A stretch of DNA of 64,000 bases from a virus: the IMG/VR virus record IMGVR_UViG_3300000052_000003; one strand, 5' to 3'. This document shows positions 24,093-33,905 of the stretch, piece by piece. Position numbers and translations under genes: made by a program. The notes beneath the pieces were generated by a model. It did no database searches, was not told where the DNA came from, and saw only the letters and a list, made by a program, of their open reading frames with translations. Position 1 is the stretch's first letter; the number at the start of each line of letters is the position of its first letter.

Positions 24093-26453
24093 CTAATTTA
24101 ATTTAGCTTTTAGTTCTTCAATTTCTTTTTCAAGTCTAGCTATTTTAGCCGTATGCACTTCGCGGTAAGAAAGATTTAATAATCCATTTTCTCCAGTTGT
24201 AACTGCGCTAGGTAGAATAGGCTTTACGTCTTGCGCAAAATAACCTAGCTCCTCTACTCCATTCTTTAAATATAACTTAGGAGTTATAGTCTCTATACCT
24301 TTAGCCTGGTAGTTATCTTCGATTAAAGTTTTAATAGTCTTGTCAGAAGATTCAAAAAAAGCGGTAGCGGTTACTGTGTTGTTAAACGTAGCTGCCCCGT
24401 TAGGATAATAAAATTTAACCGCGGCTAAAGTATCAGCCATTCTTATTTCTAAATCGTCTCCTCTAGTTCTTAATCTCCAGTTATAATTTGAAGAACTTCC
24501 AATTATTATTTGTCTATCCGTACCAGTAACAAGTGATAAATTAGCACTTATAGAAACGTCTCCAGTAAAGTTAGCAGTTGTAGAGGTCAAACCACTACTA
24601 AATCTTCCGCTCCCATTAACATCTAGTTTAAATCCAGCGTCTGTAGTGCCATTTCCTACAATTAAATTACCTCCATTTGTTAGATGTAATTTTTCTGTAG
24701 TAGTTCCATTTGTAAAAAAAGAAATTCCATAAGCACCATCTGTAGCAAAACCTAGATTATTTTCTGTAGTTCCTTTCCATGTTCCCGATCGAATAAAATA
24801 TCCTAAAACACCATCTGTATTTGTATTTAATCTAAAAACTCCACTAGATAAAGCTCTAAATGAATCGCCAGAAATGACTGCATTTGAAAACGTGGCTACT
24901 CCTGTGGAGGCAATGACAAATTGATTAGTACCAGCTGACTGAAAACTAAAACCATTACCATTTCTATTATCAAGAACAAAAGAAGATCCAGCATCGTAAA
25001 GCCTAGTATAAATTCCATTATCCGTACGATAAAATCTTAATTCATTACCGCTTAAAATTGAATTATTTGCCCCTTGTAAAGTTAAGGTGCTTGTAATTCT
25101 AACCGTACCCGTTACGTCTAATTTGAAAGAGCCTGGAGCTTGTCCGATTCCGACATTAGTTCCGTCATCCCAAATCTGAGCGACGCTTAAATCAGAGCTA
25201 CTAATCCATCTTGCTAATCTAGAAGAAGAACCAGAGCCAGCTACATAAGTTCCGATAGGTTGGTATTGTGCCGCTGCGCTAGACGTAGTCAAATAAGTAC
25301 TTGAATCTACGGAGCCATCCGCTTTCAAGAATTGTCCAGAAGTACCACTAGATTTAACAAAAGAGCTAGCAGTAACAGAGCTAGAAAAAGTAGCCGCGCC
25401 AGTTACTCGAAGAGTTCCAGTAACGTCTAGTTTAAACGCTCCAGGTGCTTGACCTATTCCTATGTTTGTGCCATCGTCCCATATTTGAGCGACGCTTAAA
25501 TTAGAAGTGCTAGTCCATCTTCCCAAGCGCGAAGACTCGCCAGATCCAGTCATATAAGAGCCTAAAGGCTGGTACTGAGCGGCGGCGCTTGCAGTCGTTA
25601 AATAAGTGCTAGAGTCTACGCTTCCGTCTGCCTTTAAAAATTGGCTAGAAGTACCGCTTGTTTTTACAAAAGAAGTAGCAGTAACGCTATTCGAAAAAGT
25701 TGCAGCGCCATTAGGATAATATATTTTTAAAGCCGTAAAAGCATCCGCCCCTCCTATTATTTCAAAATCATTATCATATGCTCTTAATTTATAATAATAA
25801 CTAGCTGCACTTCCTATTTGAATATATTTATTAGAGCCAGTATCTAGAGTTAAATTACCGGTTAAAGTACCGCCACCTATTGGTAAATAAAGTCCAGCAT
25901 GATTACCCCAGCCGTAGGCAGTATTCCAGTTTGCAGAATTGTTAGTAATTGAAGTACCCCAAGCCGTACCCGTAGAGATTGGAATACCAGCCCCAGGGTA
26001 AACCATTGAATCAACAGACCAGCTACGGTCTGCGCTTAAATCGTAAGCCGTCCCGTTAATTGTTAAAGTCCTAGAAGTGCTTACCTTATTATTAAAAGTA
26101 CTCCAGTCTGTCGAGGTTAAATATCCGTTCTGTGAGCTTGTCGCCGCCGGAATACTAAATACTCCAGTCCCACTATTATAAGCTAAAGGAGACGAAGAAG
26201 AAAGCGCAGCTCTCGCCCTGGTATCTGTAAACCATTTATTTGTAGGACTAGCCAGCTCCTGGATGTCGTCAGTGTCTAAAACTACGACGCCCACCAAACC
26301 GTTTACTGAAGCTACCGCTGAACCGATAACCGCTCCAAGAGATGAAACCGTGGTCTTGAATAGCTGACCAGTTGAAGGATCAGCAATAGGTAGTAAATCA
26401 GTCGTAAGGACTGAGGGCTTGCTGGTTAATTGACTTACTTTTTTATTTGCCAT
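24093..26453 (-). CDS. Tail fibre with C-terminal intramolecular chaperone (peptidase S74-like)
   Basis: Gly/Ser/Thr-rich repeats; SDKTIK...GYFAQDV...C-terminal coiled coil. Confidence 0.9.
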   Translation of the reverse strand: MANKKVSQLTSKPSVLTTDLLPIADPSTGQLFKTTVSSLGAVIGSAVASVNGLVGVVVLDTDDIQELASPTNKWFTDTRARAALSSSSPLAYNSGTGVFSIPAATSSQNGYLTSTDWSTFNNKVSTSRTLTINGTAYDLSADRSWSVDSMVYPGAGIPISTGTAWGTSITNNSANWNTAYGWGNHAGLYLPIGGGTLTGNLTLDTGSNKYIQIGSAASYYYKLRAYDNDFEIIGGADAFTALKIYYPNGAATFSNSVTATSFVKTSGTSSQFLKADGSVDSSTYLTTASAAAQYQPLGSYMTGSGESSRLGRWTSTSNLSVAQIWDDGTNIGIGQAPGAFKLDVTGTLRVTGAATFSSSVTASSFVKSSGTSGQFLKADGSVDSSTYLTTSSAAAQYQPIGTYVAGSGSSSRLARWISSSDLSVAQIWDDGTNVGIGQAPGSFKLDVTGTVRITSTLTLQGANNSILSGNELRFYRTDNGIYTRLYDAGSSFVLDNRNGNGFSFQSAGTNQFVIASTGVATFSNAVISGDSFRALSSGVFRLNTNTDGVLGYFIRSGTWKGTTENNLGFATDGAYGISFFTNGTTTEKLHLTNGGNLIVGNGTTDAGFKLDVNGSGRFSSGLTSTTANFTGDVSISANLSLVTGTDRQIIIGSSSNYNWRLRTRGDDLEIRMADTLAAVKFYYPNGAATFNNTVTATAFFESSDKTIKTLIEDNYQAKGIETITPKLYLKNGVEELGYFAQDVKPILPSAVTTGENGLLNLSYREVHTAKIARLEKEIEELKAKLN
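25092..25709 (-). repeat. Tandem 309-bp (103-aa) module duplication in the tail fibre
   Basis: aa249-351 vs aa352-454, e.g. QFLKADGSVDSSTYLTT and VAQIWDDGTN in both. Confidence 0.9.
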
Positions 26454-26911
26454 TAGTTAGGATAATTGAAATCGGTTGGAACTTGACATCTGTCTGATAA
26501 CATCGGGAAGGAAACGGTTACGTCTGCCTTTACTCCTGCTAAATAATCTTCTTCTTTCTCTGTAAAAAACTCCATTGAAACCTGATCACCTATCTCCCAG
26601 TCAAATTTAGGATATCTCATCATGGAGATAATATCTTGGGCAATTAATAACTGATCTGAAAGGACCTCATTTTCATTTGACTCATCTTGTAATTGACGAT
26701 CCAGGAAGAAAAAAGAGAAATCCAGGTTTAATGATTTACCAGAAATCGAAGATCCAGTCAATGAATAGAACATGGCTGGATAAACATTATCCGCTTGACT
26801 TAAAAACTCCCATACATCACCAAAATAAACCGTGTTTATTTGCTCATGTGCTAAGCCTAAATCACTTATTAATTGGATTGTTTGATTTAATGTCAGTTGC
26901 TTGATTGCCAT
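26453..26911 (-). CDS. Putative tail terminator/neck protein (152 aa)
   Basis: Acidic, YPAMF motif, follows the head-tail adaptor. Confidence 0.55.
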   Translation of the reverse strand: MAIKQLTLNQTIQLISDLGLAHEQINTVYFGDVWEFLSQADNVYPAMFYSLTGSSISGKSLNLDFSFFFLDRQLQDESNENEVLSDQLLIAQDIISMMRYPKFDWEIGDQVSMEFFTEKEEDYLAGVKADVTVSFPMLSDRCQVPTDFNYPN

Positions 26912-26975
26912 TTGTTTGGGTAGCCAGGTAAACCTGGAGCTTTTTTATATTTTTTGTGCTATATGCTTTAGGCAT
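26862..26975 (-). CDS. Small ORF, 37 aa (MPKAYSTKNIKKLQVYLATQ...)
   Basis: Hand-translated; A-rich leader fills the 26912-26986 gap. Confidence 0.35.
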   Translation of the reverse strand: MPKAYSTKNIKKLQVYLATQTNGNQATDIKSNNPINK

Positions 26976-26986
26976 CTTTTTATTTT

Positions 26987-27568
26987 TTAGCAGAGACCAT
27001 TCTCGCCCTGGTATCTTTCTTCAAAGCTCATCGGTGTACAAGATGAATCATCACCTAACCAGATCGAAGCCTTATAAGCGTCGCGTTCTGGCTTGATAAT
27101 ATCGACACCGGTGCCATAGTTCACGTATTCCTGGAACTTATCAGATGTAGAAGATACTTGCTTTAGGTGCTTTATCAATCTCTCTGTATAAAACTCAGCT
27201 CGTGTACGATATCTGTTAGCGACATCAATAAGATCCTGCATATTTGGAGTATCTGTGTTGTCGCTTGTCTTTCTGATTAATCCTTTATTGTAAAATTGAT
27301 AAGACAATCCTACTGGAAGCTCGGAAAGCGTGTAATAAACTAGCGCATTTGTGATAAAATTATCTAATAAGTCCACCTCGTCAGCGGTTAGATTATTATT
27401 ATCAATCCCATCCTGCAAGCGATCATATAAAGCAGATCCCAAAGATGGCAAAATATACATGTCTTGAGCCGTCAAGATTTCTGGAAGGATCAATTTGTCA
27501 TCGACATTCGAATGAAGCGCTGATCTTTCCTTGATCGTGTTTACGTTTATAAAGCAGATATTTTTCAT
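26987..27568 (-). CDS. Putative head-tail adaptor
   Basis: Helical protein immediately after the portal. Confidence 0.6.
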   Translation of the reverse strand: MKNICFINVNTIKERSALHSNVDDKLILPEILTAQDMYILPSLGSALYDRLQDGIDNNNLTADEVDLLDNFITNALVYYTLSELPVGLSYQFYNKGLIRKTSDNTDTPNMQDLIDVANRYRTRAEFYTERLIKHLKQVSSTSDKFQEYVNYGTGVDIIKPERDAYKASIWLGDDSSCTPMSFEERYQGENGLC

Positions 27569-27571
27569 TCC

Positions 27572-29545
27572 TTAGTCTTTTTTTATTACCACTTGAGAAG
27601 CCCAGACGTGACGGCAAGAAGGAGAGTGTTCTCCGTCTGGCATTGTCCACCAGCCACCGCGACGATCAAATACTGAATAACCTAGGCGCAAGCTGATCGC
27701 TTCGATTTCTGCTCTGGTGTATAGCTTATCTAATTGCATCAAGCGCGCACAGAATTGTCTGCTTGGATGCGCTGCTGAGTTTCTCTGTCCTGCTGGTATC
27801 GATGATCTCCACTCGTAAGAATAACGGACCATAAAGCTACGCGTCGATGGCTTGGTGTCAGTGATCTCAGATAGGGGAGATGTTAAAATTCTCTCGACGT
27901 TTCCCCTTACATTTGTGGACTTGATCAAACCGCGCTCCTCTAAGGAGTCCATGATTTTATTTATGATCCCTAGATCCGTTTTGATCGTCCCAGCTATAAT
28001 CTCAGGAGTGATTCTTTTGTCCTTCTGGATGAGATCCAATACATTCGCCTCTAGACGCGTTAATTCTTGCGTAGCAAAGTCTAAATTCATCGCCTCCTCT
28101 AAGTCATTAGGCAAAGCAGAGAACGTGTCTCTAGTGCGAAATATGGAGTAATTACTTTTAGACTCTCCGAACTGATCAAATATCGAGATTACATCATCTT
28201 CGCTGAATCGTAAATTAGTAGAAGCTGGAGCTCCTTCTAATTCAGATCCACCTTGCTCAGCTATTAAGCCTACCAAAGCGCGGACCTCATTTGGAGTCAT
28301 TGACTCAAGTACTTTATTTGCTACTAATGGCGATAAGCTATTGATTGCATCGATCACATCCTGAGAAGTTCCAGAAGTTTTCGGTTCTAATTTAGGAGCT
28401 CCAAGTTTTTCGCGGATCTCGTCTTTAGTTAAGTTCTGCGCGATCGTAGTTTCAGAGAACTCCATACCAATCGGCTCGACTGGAATTATTTGTAGCCCAT
28501 TGATAGCACCGCGTAATTTGGCAAGTAAACTGAATACTTGTTCTTGATATATTTGCTTATCATTTACATAAGTGTTTTTAAATATCTCGTAAGAATCGCG
28601 CATTTGCTGGCGTGATCCTAATTGCCCAGGTGTAGCAATACCGAATAAATCTGGAGACGTGATCTGGTGACCAGCGTACACGTTTTTCTCAATGATTTTA
28701 TCTACGTTTGCGAAATCCTCCTTTGTAATATCAGAAGCTCCTAGATCCTCAATGATTGGCTTTCTAGAAGCATCGTTCACAAAGGAAAGAATGAACTTTT
28801 TTCCGTCGGATCCTGAGAAACGATCTGTAAATTTACGCTCTACTATTCTCTTCTCTTCATCTTGAGGCTCACCGTTAGGAAGAGTGATCAATTTTGAAGC
28901 ACTAAATCCGGTCTGAGCATTGCCTAAAACGTGCTTAGAAACCTCGATATCTGACTCGATATAGTTTAAAGCACCAATATAACCAGGTAAAGAGTAAGCC
29001 GAAAGGTTAGGACGGTACTCTTTTAGATACAAAATCTGGGTTCCTTGAGGCAATTTGTCGTTAAAAGCGTTGTAAATAGAGCGCTTATACTTACTATCTT
29101 GCCAGTTTTCAGAGTACCAGAACTGGGTATTATCGTCATTTGTCCGGACCTTAGTATAGTCTAAGTGATAAATCTCCGAAACTTGACCAGCTATCTGGCT
29201 CCAGATTACTTGAAGATAAGCACCTCCAAACAATTCGACGTCAGTAGATACTTTTTTTAAGATATCATTTAATGATTCGAAAGGGTTTGGCTTCTCAATA
29301 AACTCCTGAGCGATCTGATCGTTTTCATCTACTGGTTTAAAGCCATTACCAGTGATATAATTTACCTTGCTTTTAATAATCGCGTTATGCTTAGCTGATT
29401 TAGTAAACAAATCGACCAAGTAATTAGGGTAGTCGTTCTTTTTTCCGAACTCAATATATCCGCCGTTCTCTCCTTTTTTCTCAGAGTATTCTGGCTGCCT
29501 TGCTTCAGCAAAGGTAAGGACATTTAAAAAGTTTGTATTGCTCAT
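27572..29545 (-). CDS. Portal protein with C-terminal winged-helix and MuF-like extensions
   Basis: Portal-like core (HNAIIKSK..YITGNG, GHQITSP.LFGI); C-terminal SRQFC and CRHVW motifs. Confidence 0.85.
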   Translation of the reverse strand: MSNTNFLNVLTFAEARQPEYSEKKGENGGYIEFGKKNDYPNYLVDLFTKSAKHNAIIKSKVNYITGNGFKPVDENDQIAQEFIEKPNPFESLNDILKKVSTDVELFGGAYLQVIWSQIAGQVSEIYHLDYTKVRTNDDNTQFWYSENWQDSKYKRSIYNAFNDKLPQGTQILYLKEYRPNLSAYSLPGYIGALNYIESDIEVSKHVLGNAQTGFSASKLITLPNGEPQDEEKRIVERKFTDRFSGSDGKKFILSFVNDASRKPIIEDLGASDITKEDFANVDKIIEKNVYAGHQITSPDLFGIATPGQLGSRQQMRDSYEIFKNTYVNDKQIYQEQVFSLLAKLRGAINGLQIIPVEPIGMEFSETTIAQNLTKDEIREKLGAPKLEPKTSGTSQDVIDAINSLSPLVANKVLESMTPNEVRALVGLIAEQGGSELEGAPASTNLRFSEDDVISIFDQFGESKSNYSIFRTRDTFSALPNDLEEAMNLDFATQELTRLEANVLDLIQKDKRITPEIIAGTIKTDLGIINKIMDSLEERGLIKSTNVRGNVERILTSPLSEITDTKPSTRSFMVRYSYEWRSSIPAGQRNSAAHPSRQFCARLMQLDKLYTRAEIEAISLRLGYSVFDRRGGWWTMPDGEHSPSCRHVWASQVVIKKD

Positions 29546-29928
29546 ATATCGCGCACTTTATAAGTGTTGTTCGTTTGGTTGTATGTGGTGAATTCAAATT
29601 CAGTTGAATTCTTTAATGACATTTGTCCAGATTCTACCAGGCCAGAAGCTAGCGCTGGATTTAAATTGCTTGTAGATGCTTGCTGATAAATTGAGTAATT
29701 AAACTCTCCGCTTGTTACATTAGCAAAGTGATTATTAACTACTATATTAAAAGCATTGAAGCGATCTTTATAGGCAGATAGATCACTGGATCCTAGGACC
29801 ACAAAAGCGACGCTTAGATCAGTAACTCTGGAAGTGAAATAGAATAGGAAATTTGCACCCGTTAGGGTTTGCTTTTCCTTTAGAGTTAAAATAACTTTTT
29901 CGGTCTGTCCTTTAGTCAAGTGAATCAT
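29542..29928 (-). CDS. Hypothetical structural protein (128 aa)
   Basis: Between tail tube and portal genes, coupled to the portal start. Confidence 0.65.
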   Translation of the reverse strand: MIHLTKGQTEKVILTLKEKQTLTGANFLFYFTSRVTDLSVAFVVLGSSDLSAYKDRFNAFNIVVNNHFANVTSGEFNYSIYQQASTSNLNPALASGLVESGQMSLKNSTEFEFTTYNQTNNTYKVRDI

Positions 29929-29966
29929 CGAGATTAAATAGCAAAGGATTAATTATTTTATTAAAC

Positions 29967-29995
29967 AAAAAAAAGAGGAGGCTCTCGCCCCCTCC
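29967..29995 (-). terminator. Intrinsic terminator after the tail tube gene
   Basis: GAGGGGGC-GAGA-GCCTCCTC stem followed by U8. Confidence 0.85.
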
Positions 29996-30020
29996 CCCGT
30001 CTAACCAAACGACTATCTTA

Positions 30021-30533
30021 TTAGGTTGTTAAACCTGCAATGACGCTAGATTGAACTTCTGGAGCCATTGCTTTTTCAGATGCTGAGAAAGTTAATGTAT
30101 AACCAGAGCGATCTCCGTTAGCCGTACCGGTTGCACCGTTACCGCCTGACATATTGATCCCAGACACCTTGCCTAAATACCAATACTTCCCGTTATTATC
30201 GCCTACTACTGCGACTAAAGTGTTTTGAGCTAATAAAAGAATTTCATTTCTTGTATTTGCTTGTAATTTATTAAGAATGATAGACAATTCTTGAGCGTAG
30301 AATACGGTCCCGTTTTGCACGTTAGCGTTGATGTTCTCAGTTAAAGAAGAAGTTCCAGGAACTAATTCATATTTTCTGAAAACCTTACCGCTTGCCTTAG
30401 TGATTGCAGTAATTACACCGCTTGCCTCAGTCGTGCTAGATACGTTACCTTTTTCAATGAAATACACTTCCGTGATTCCGCCTAATGAATCTCTGCAATC
30501 TAAGGAATACCCTTGAGTTAATGCGCAAGCCAT
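30021..30533 (-). CDS. Major tail (tube) protein
   Basis: MAC.LT.G..LDC...GG; follows the capsid gene and shares its strong-expression context (terminator downstream). Confidence 0.75.
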   Translation of the reverse strand: MACALTQGYSLDCRDSLGGITEVYFIEKGNVSSTTEASGVITAITKASGKVFRKYELVPGTSSLTENINANVQNGTVFYAQELSIILNKLQANTRNEILLLAQNTLVAVVGDNNGKYWYLGKVSGINMSGGNGATGTANGDRSGYTLTFSASEKAMAPEVQSSVIAGLTT

Positions 30534-30560
30534 TATTTTAAATTTAAAAGGTTAAAATTA

Positions 30561-30588
30561 GGGGAGTCCTATCCAAAGGAATCTCCCC
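30561..30588 (-). promoter_or_regulatory. Intergenic hairpin between capsid and tail tube genes
   Basis: GGGGAG/CTCCCC outer stem with inner TCCT/AGGA; weak U tail. Confidence 0.6.
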
Positions 30589-30605
30589 AAACTTATTTGT
30601 AAGAA

Positions 30606-31568
30606 TTAAGCTAAGATAAAATCAACCATCTCAGCAGGGAAAGCGATCTGAACGCCAGCCTTGAACTCAGCTACGAAACGAACTTGATCCGCTTCTTTAG
30701 CGAAGAACAATTCGAAACGCTCTTGCTCATCTAATAAGTCAGTTCCAAAGAACATGTTAGAAACGCGACCACCGTAGATCTTAGAAGTACCGTTCAAACC
30801 TTGAACTGCTACTACTTTTACCGTAGTACCTGGAAGCATTAACTCAGAATCTGCCTTGCCATCAAAATTGTAAGCGAATAAGTTCGCGTTCTTTAATGCG
30901 ATTGTGTAAGTACGGAATACATCCATTCCTACGAAGATAGTCACATCATCCTTAGCTACGATCTCAGCAGGTAAAGCCTTGTAAACTGCGTCGATTACGT
31001 TGATCACGTTTGAAGTAGTGATACCAGCTGAAGCAGCTAATGGAGTACCGTAAAAAGTAGTCGTGTTAGCGTGGATTACTGAAGCAGAAGCAGCAGCTAC
31101 TAACTTAGCGAAACCGTCGAACTTGTTTAAGTTTCCGTTTGCTGAAGCAGTGTCTCCTTGCCAAGAAGCGATCTCTAATTGAGCAGCGATCTTGTCAGCC
31201 TTACGTTGTGAGTACTCAGCAGCGAATACGATTGAATCGTAAGAAGAACCAGCAGGTAAAGCCTTCTGTAAATACTTAGATTCTAAATCTTTCGGGCAAA
31301 GTTCCTCGTTTACCTTAATCTTTCCTACCGTTAAAGTACGTTGTGTGAAAGTAGTTGTACCTGAAGCGTTGAAACCGCAAGATGAACCATCTTGGAAGAA
31401 CGCGTCAGTGTCCATGATATTAACCGTTTCAGCAGACTTAACGCCTAACATCACGTTTCCTTGATCCTTGATCAAAGAGATTGTTTTTGCACCTAATACA
31501 GATGAAGCTACTAATTGGGTAGCGTTCTCTTCTGTATAGTTAGCTAATGAAGATACTACAAATGCCAT
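30606..31568 (-). CDS. Major capsid protein
   Basis: 320 aa after scaffold; HK97-type layout (ADKIAAQLE..WQGD, FDG), highly biased codon use. Confidence 0.9.
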   Translation of the reverse strand: MAFVVSSLANYTEENATQLVASSVLGAKTISLIKDQGNVMLGVKSAETVNIMDTDAFFQDGSSCGFNASGTTTFTQRTLTVGKIKVNEELCPKDLESKYLQKALPAGSSYDSIVFAAEYSQRKADKIAAQLEIASWQGDTASANGNLNKFDGFAKLVAAASASVIHANTTTFYGTPLAASAGITTSNVINVIDAVYKALPAEIVAKDDVTIFVGMDVFRTYTIALKNANLFAYNFDGKADSELMLPGTTVKVVAVQGLNGTSKIYGGRVSNMFFGTDLLDEQERFELFFAKEADQVRFVAEFKAGVQIAFPAEMVDFILA

Positions 31569-31588
31569 CTTTTTTCTTTTTTAAATTG

Positions 31589-32182
31589 TTATTTTAAATT
31601 TTTTACTTTGTTTAAAAATCTCTCGATTTTCTCGTCTCTTTTCTCAGATTGAGAGAAAGAATTTTTTGGTGCCTGGATAGGACTAGCGCCTGGAGTTGAA
31701 GCTAAACCTAAAACTACGTCAGATAGATCATTGATCGCTTGAGAGAATTTACCCTCGATAGATGCGATCTTAGCTTTTAAAGCTTCGTTCTCTGCCTTTA
31801 AGTTTTCGATAGTGCCATCAATTACCTGGAACTTATCTTCTTCCATTGGAATTTCTTCCTCTGGCATTTCAATCGGCTCCATTTCTGCCTGAGGTGTCTC
31901 AATGCCTTCAATTTTGCCCCCTACGGTTGTGACCATAGTACCGTCTACTAGCTCATGCTCGCCATCTGGAGCAGGATAAGTATTGCCGCTTTCATCCACT
32001 AGCATCGCTTCAGCTCCAATCTCTAAACCGCTTAATTCAATCTTAGATCCGTCTTTAAGATCATAAGTTTCAAAAGCTAATTCTGCGACTGGTGCCTCTG
32101 GTTCGCTAGTCTCTACTTGATCGACCTCAAATTCTGAAGCCAGCATCAAGCGGATTTTTTCGATTCCTTCTTTTACCGTCAT
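31589..32182 (-). CDS. Capsid scaffolding protein
   Basis: Very acidic, APDGEHEL.DG motif, C-terminal coiled coil; directly upstream of the capsid gene. Confidence 0.8.
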   Translation of the reverse strand: MTVKEGIEKIRLMLASEFEVDQVETSEPEAPVAELAFETYDLKDGSKIELSGLEIGAEAMLVDESGNTYPAPDGEHELVDGTMVTTVGGKIEGIETPQAEMEPIEMPEEEIPMEEDKFQVIDGTIENLKAENEALKAKIASIEGKFSQAINDLSDVVLGLASTPGASPIQAPKNSFSQSEKRDEKIERFLNKVKNLK

Positions 32183-32242
32183 TTTTTATTTTGGTTTTTT
32201 ACTTTGCTTATAAATACCGTAGAAAAAAAACTTTATACTTTA

Positions 32243-32307
32243 TAGAAAAAAAAGTTTAAAAAAGTTTTTTATTATCAATTACTTTTGTATCTTTGATATG
32301 TAGTCAG
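32243..32307 (+). promoter_or_regulatory. Early promoter P1 (A/T box-TATCAA-N9-TATCTTTG-N4-GTAGTCAG), divergent from the scaffold gene
   Basis: Near-identical to P2; its 3' part also appears at 1-19. Confidence 0.8.
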
Positions 32308-32336
32308 AACGACAAAACATCTAAACAATAAAAGTC

Positions 32337-32624
32337 ATGAATGCTCAATTAAAAGAACTTGCCTACGGTGCTGCTTACAATGCTTTCTTCAATAGCCATC
32401 GTGCTGATCGCGCTGGACTTAATGAAAACCAGATCAAAATTTTAGACTGGGTAGAGCCTAGCCTAGCTGACGCCTACGCTCAGTTAATGGTAGCTAGCGG
32501 AGGCAATCAAAAAGAAGCTTTGCGAATTATTCAGATTTTATACAAGCCAGAAAACTTAGTCAAAATCTTCAAGGCGATCGAGGCTGGTGAACTTGAAGAA
32601 ATTTTTCCAGGGCTGAACATTTAG
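32337..32624 (+). CDS. Hypothetical early protein, copy 2
   Basis: Copy of 49-336. Confidence 0.75.
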   Translation: MNAQLKELAYGAAYNAFFNSHRADRAGLNENQIKILDWVEPSLADAYAQLMVASGGNQKEALRIIQILYKPENLVKIFKAIEAGELEEIFPGLNI

Positions 32625-32827
32625 CCCTAGAAAAAAAAGTTTAAAAAAAGTTTTTATTTATCAAATCTTTTATTACCTTTACTAAGTAGTCAGTGTGCTA
32701 CTAATCTAAACCCCATCAAAATGATTTATTTATTTATTTTACTCGCCCTTGTTTTCCAGATTGTTTTAAACAATCACGTTCAGAGAAACGGAAATATCAG
32801 TCTTTAATCTTTTAAACATCTAATATC

Positions 32828-33394
32828 ATGAAAAATTTAATCAGTAAATTCGCCAGTGTTAATGTCGGTCTTGAGATCAATATCGAAAGATGTGTCGCTT
32901 TGGGCCGTAATTTAAGAGCAAAAAGCGCCTATGCTAAACCACTTTTCAATTATAGATTTAGCAGTGTTGAACAAATGGAAGCTTGGCTTGAAAAAGAATT
33001 AAATCGTAAATTAGCGATCCAAGCCTACCAGGATGAAAGAAAAGCAGAGAAGAAAAGAGCGCTTGAAAATAATCCTTTCCAGGTTGGAGATCTTGTCTAC
33101 GATAGCTGGGGATACGAGCAAACTAACATTGACTTCTACCAGGTGATCGAAGTTAAAAACAAAAGCGTAATGATCCAGCCGATCCAGGGCAAAATGGTTC
33201 CAAGCCAAGGATATAGTAGCATGGCCGGTTTAACTGCTCCAGTTGCTAATAGTTTCTGTGGGGAGCCAATCAGAAAGAATGTGAACGCCTGGGTAAGTGG
33301 CGGAAATCCTAGCTACTATTTAAGAAGTGAGCACGGGATCATCAATCTTTACAATAAAGGAGACGAAGGAGTTTATTGCAGTTGGTATGCTTAA
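32828..33394 (+). CDS. Hypothetical early protein (188 aa), copy 2
   Basis: Copy of 540-1106. Confidence 0.8.
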   Translation: MKNLISKFASVNVGLEINIERCVALGRNLRAKSAYAKPLFNYRFSSVEQMEAWLEKELNRKLAIQAYQDERKAEKKRALENNPFQVGDLVYDSWGYEQTNIDFYQVIEVKNKSVMIQPIQGKMVPSQGYSSMAGLTAPVANSFCGEPIRKNVNAWVSGGNPSYYLRSEHGIINLYNKGDEGVYCSWYA

Positions 33395-33905
33395 AAATAA
33401 AAATATAGAAAGTCAATTAATTAAGGAAGCCAGGGAACTGGCTTTCTGTTATCACGCCGATCAGATGTATGGATCACGTCCTTACTCTTATCACTTGCAA
33501 AAGGTAGTCAATATAGCTAGATTTTATTCTAGTTTGATCCCTAAGGAAGATCTTGAAGACGTCATTTGTGCCGCTTATTTGCACGATATCCTCGAAGATA
33601 CCCTATGCACCCAGGATGAAATTTTAAGAGCCTTAAATCCAAGGATTTTGTTGTTGGTTAAACTGCTGACAAAAAACGGATCAGATCCAGAAAGCTATTT
33701 TAACCAGGTAGCCCAGGATGATCTGGCGATCTTTATCAAATTATGCGATAGATATGCGAATGTTTTAGCGTGTGTTTACGATGGCGAAGATAAGAAGCTT
33801 GCTAAATATAAAAAGCAGAACCCTTATTTAATTAGGATTCTGCTTAATAAAAATTATATCGAATTAATGGAAGGAATCGAAGGATTACTTCTTGCTTTTG
33901 ATTAG
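33387..33905 (+). CDS. HD-domain alarmone hydrolase, copy 2
   Basis: Copy of 1099-1617. Confidence 0.85.
   Translation: MLKNKNIESQLIKEARELAFCYHADQMYGSRPYSYHLQKVVNIARFYSSLIPKEDLEDVICAAYLHDILEDTLCTQDEILRALNPRILLLVKLLTKNGSDPESYFNQVAQDDLAIFIKLCDRYANVLACVYDGEDKKLAKYKKQNPYLIRILLNKNYIELMEGIEGLLLAFD

Larger units (their letters stand above)
1..32288. mobile_element. Complete tailed-phage genome unit (siphovirus-like, probable Bacteroidota host), copy 1
   Basis: Full head, tail, lysis and replication gene set; sequence restarts at 32289 with ATCTTTGATATGTAGTCAG, as at position 1. Confidence 0.95.

Noticed and set aside
25092-25709. Fibre repeats as a DGR template/variable pair
   Set aside because: No reverse transcriptase in the genome; both copies are coding and differences are not adenine-specific.
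27852-28151. 99-aa plus-strand ORF within the portal extension
   Set aside because: Antisense shadow; no supporting signals.
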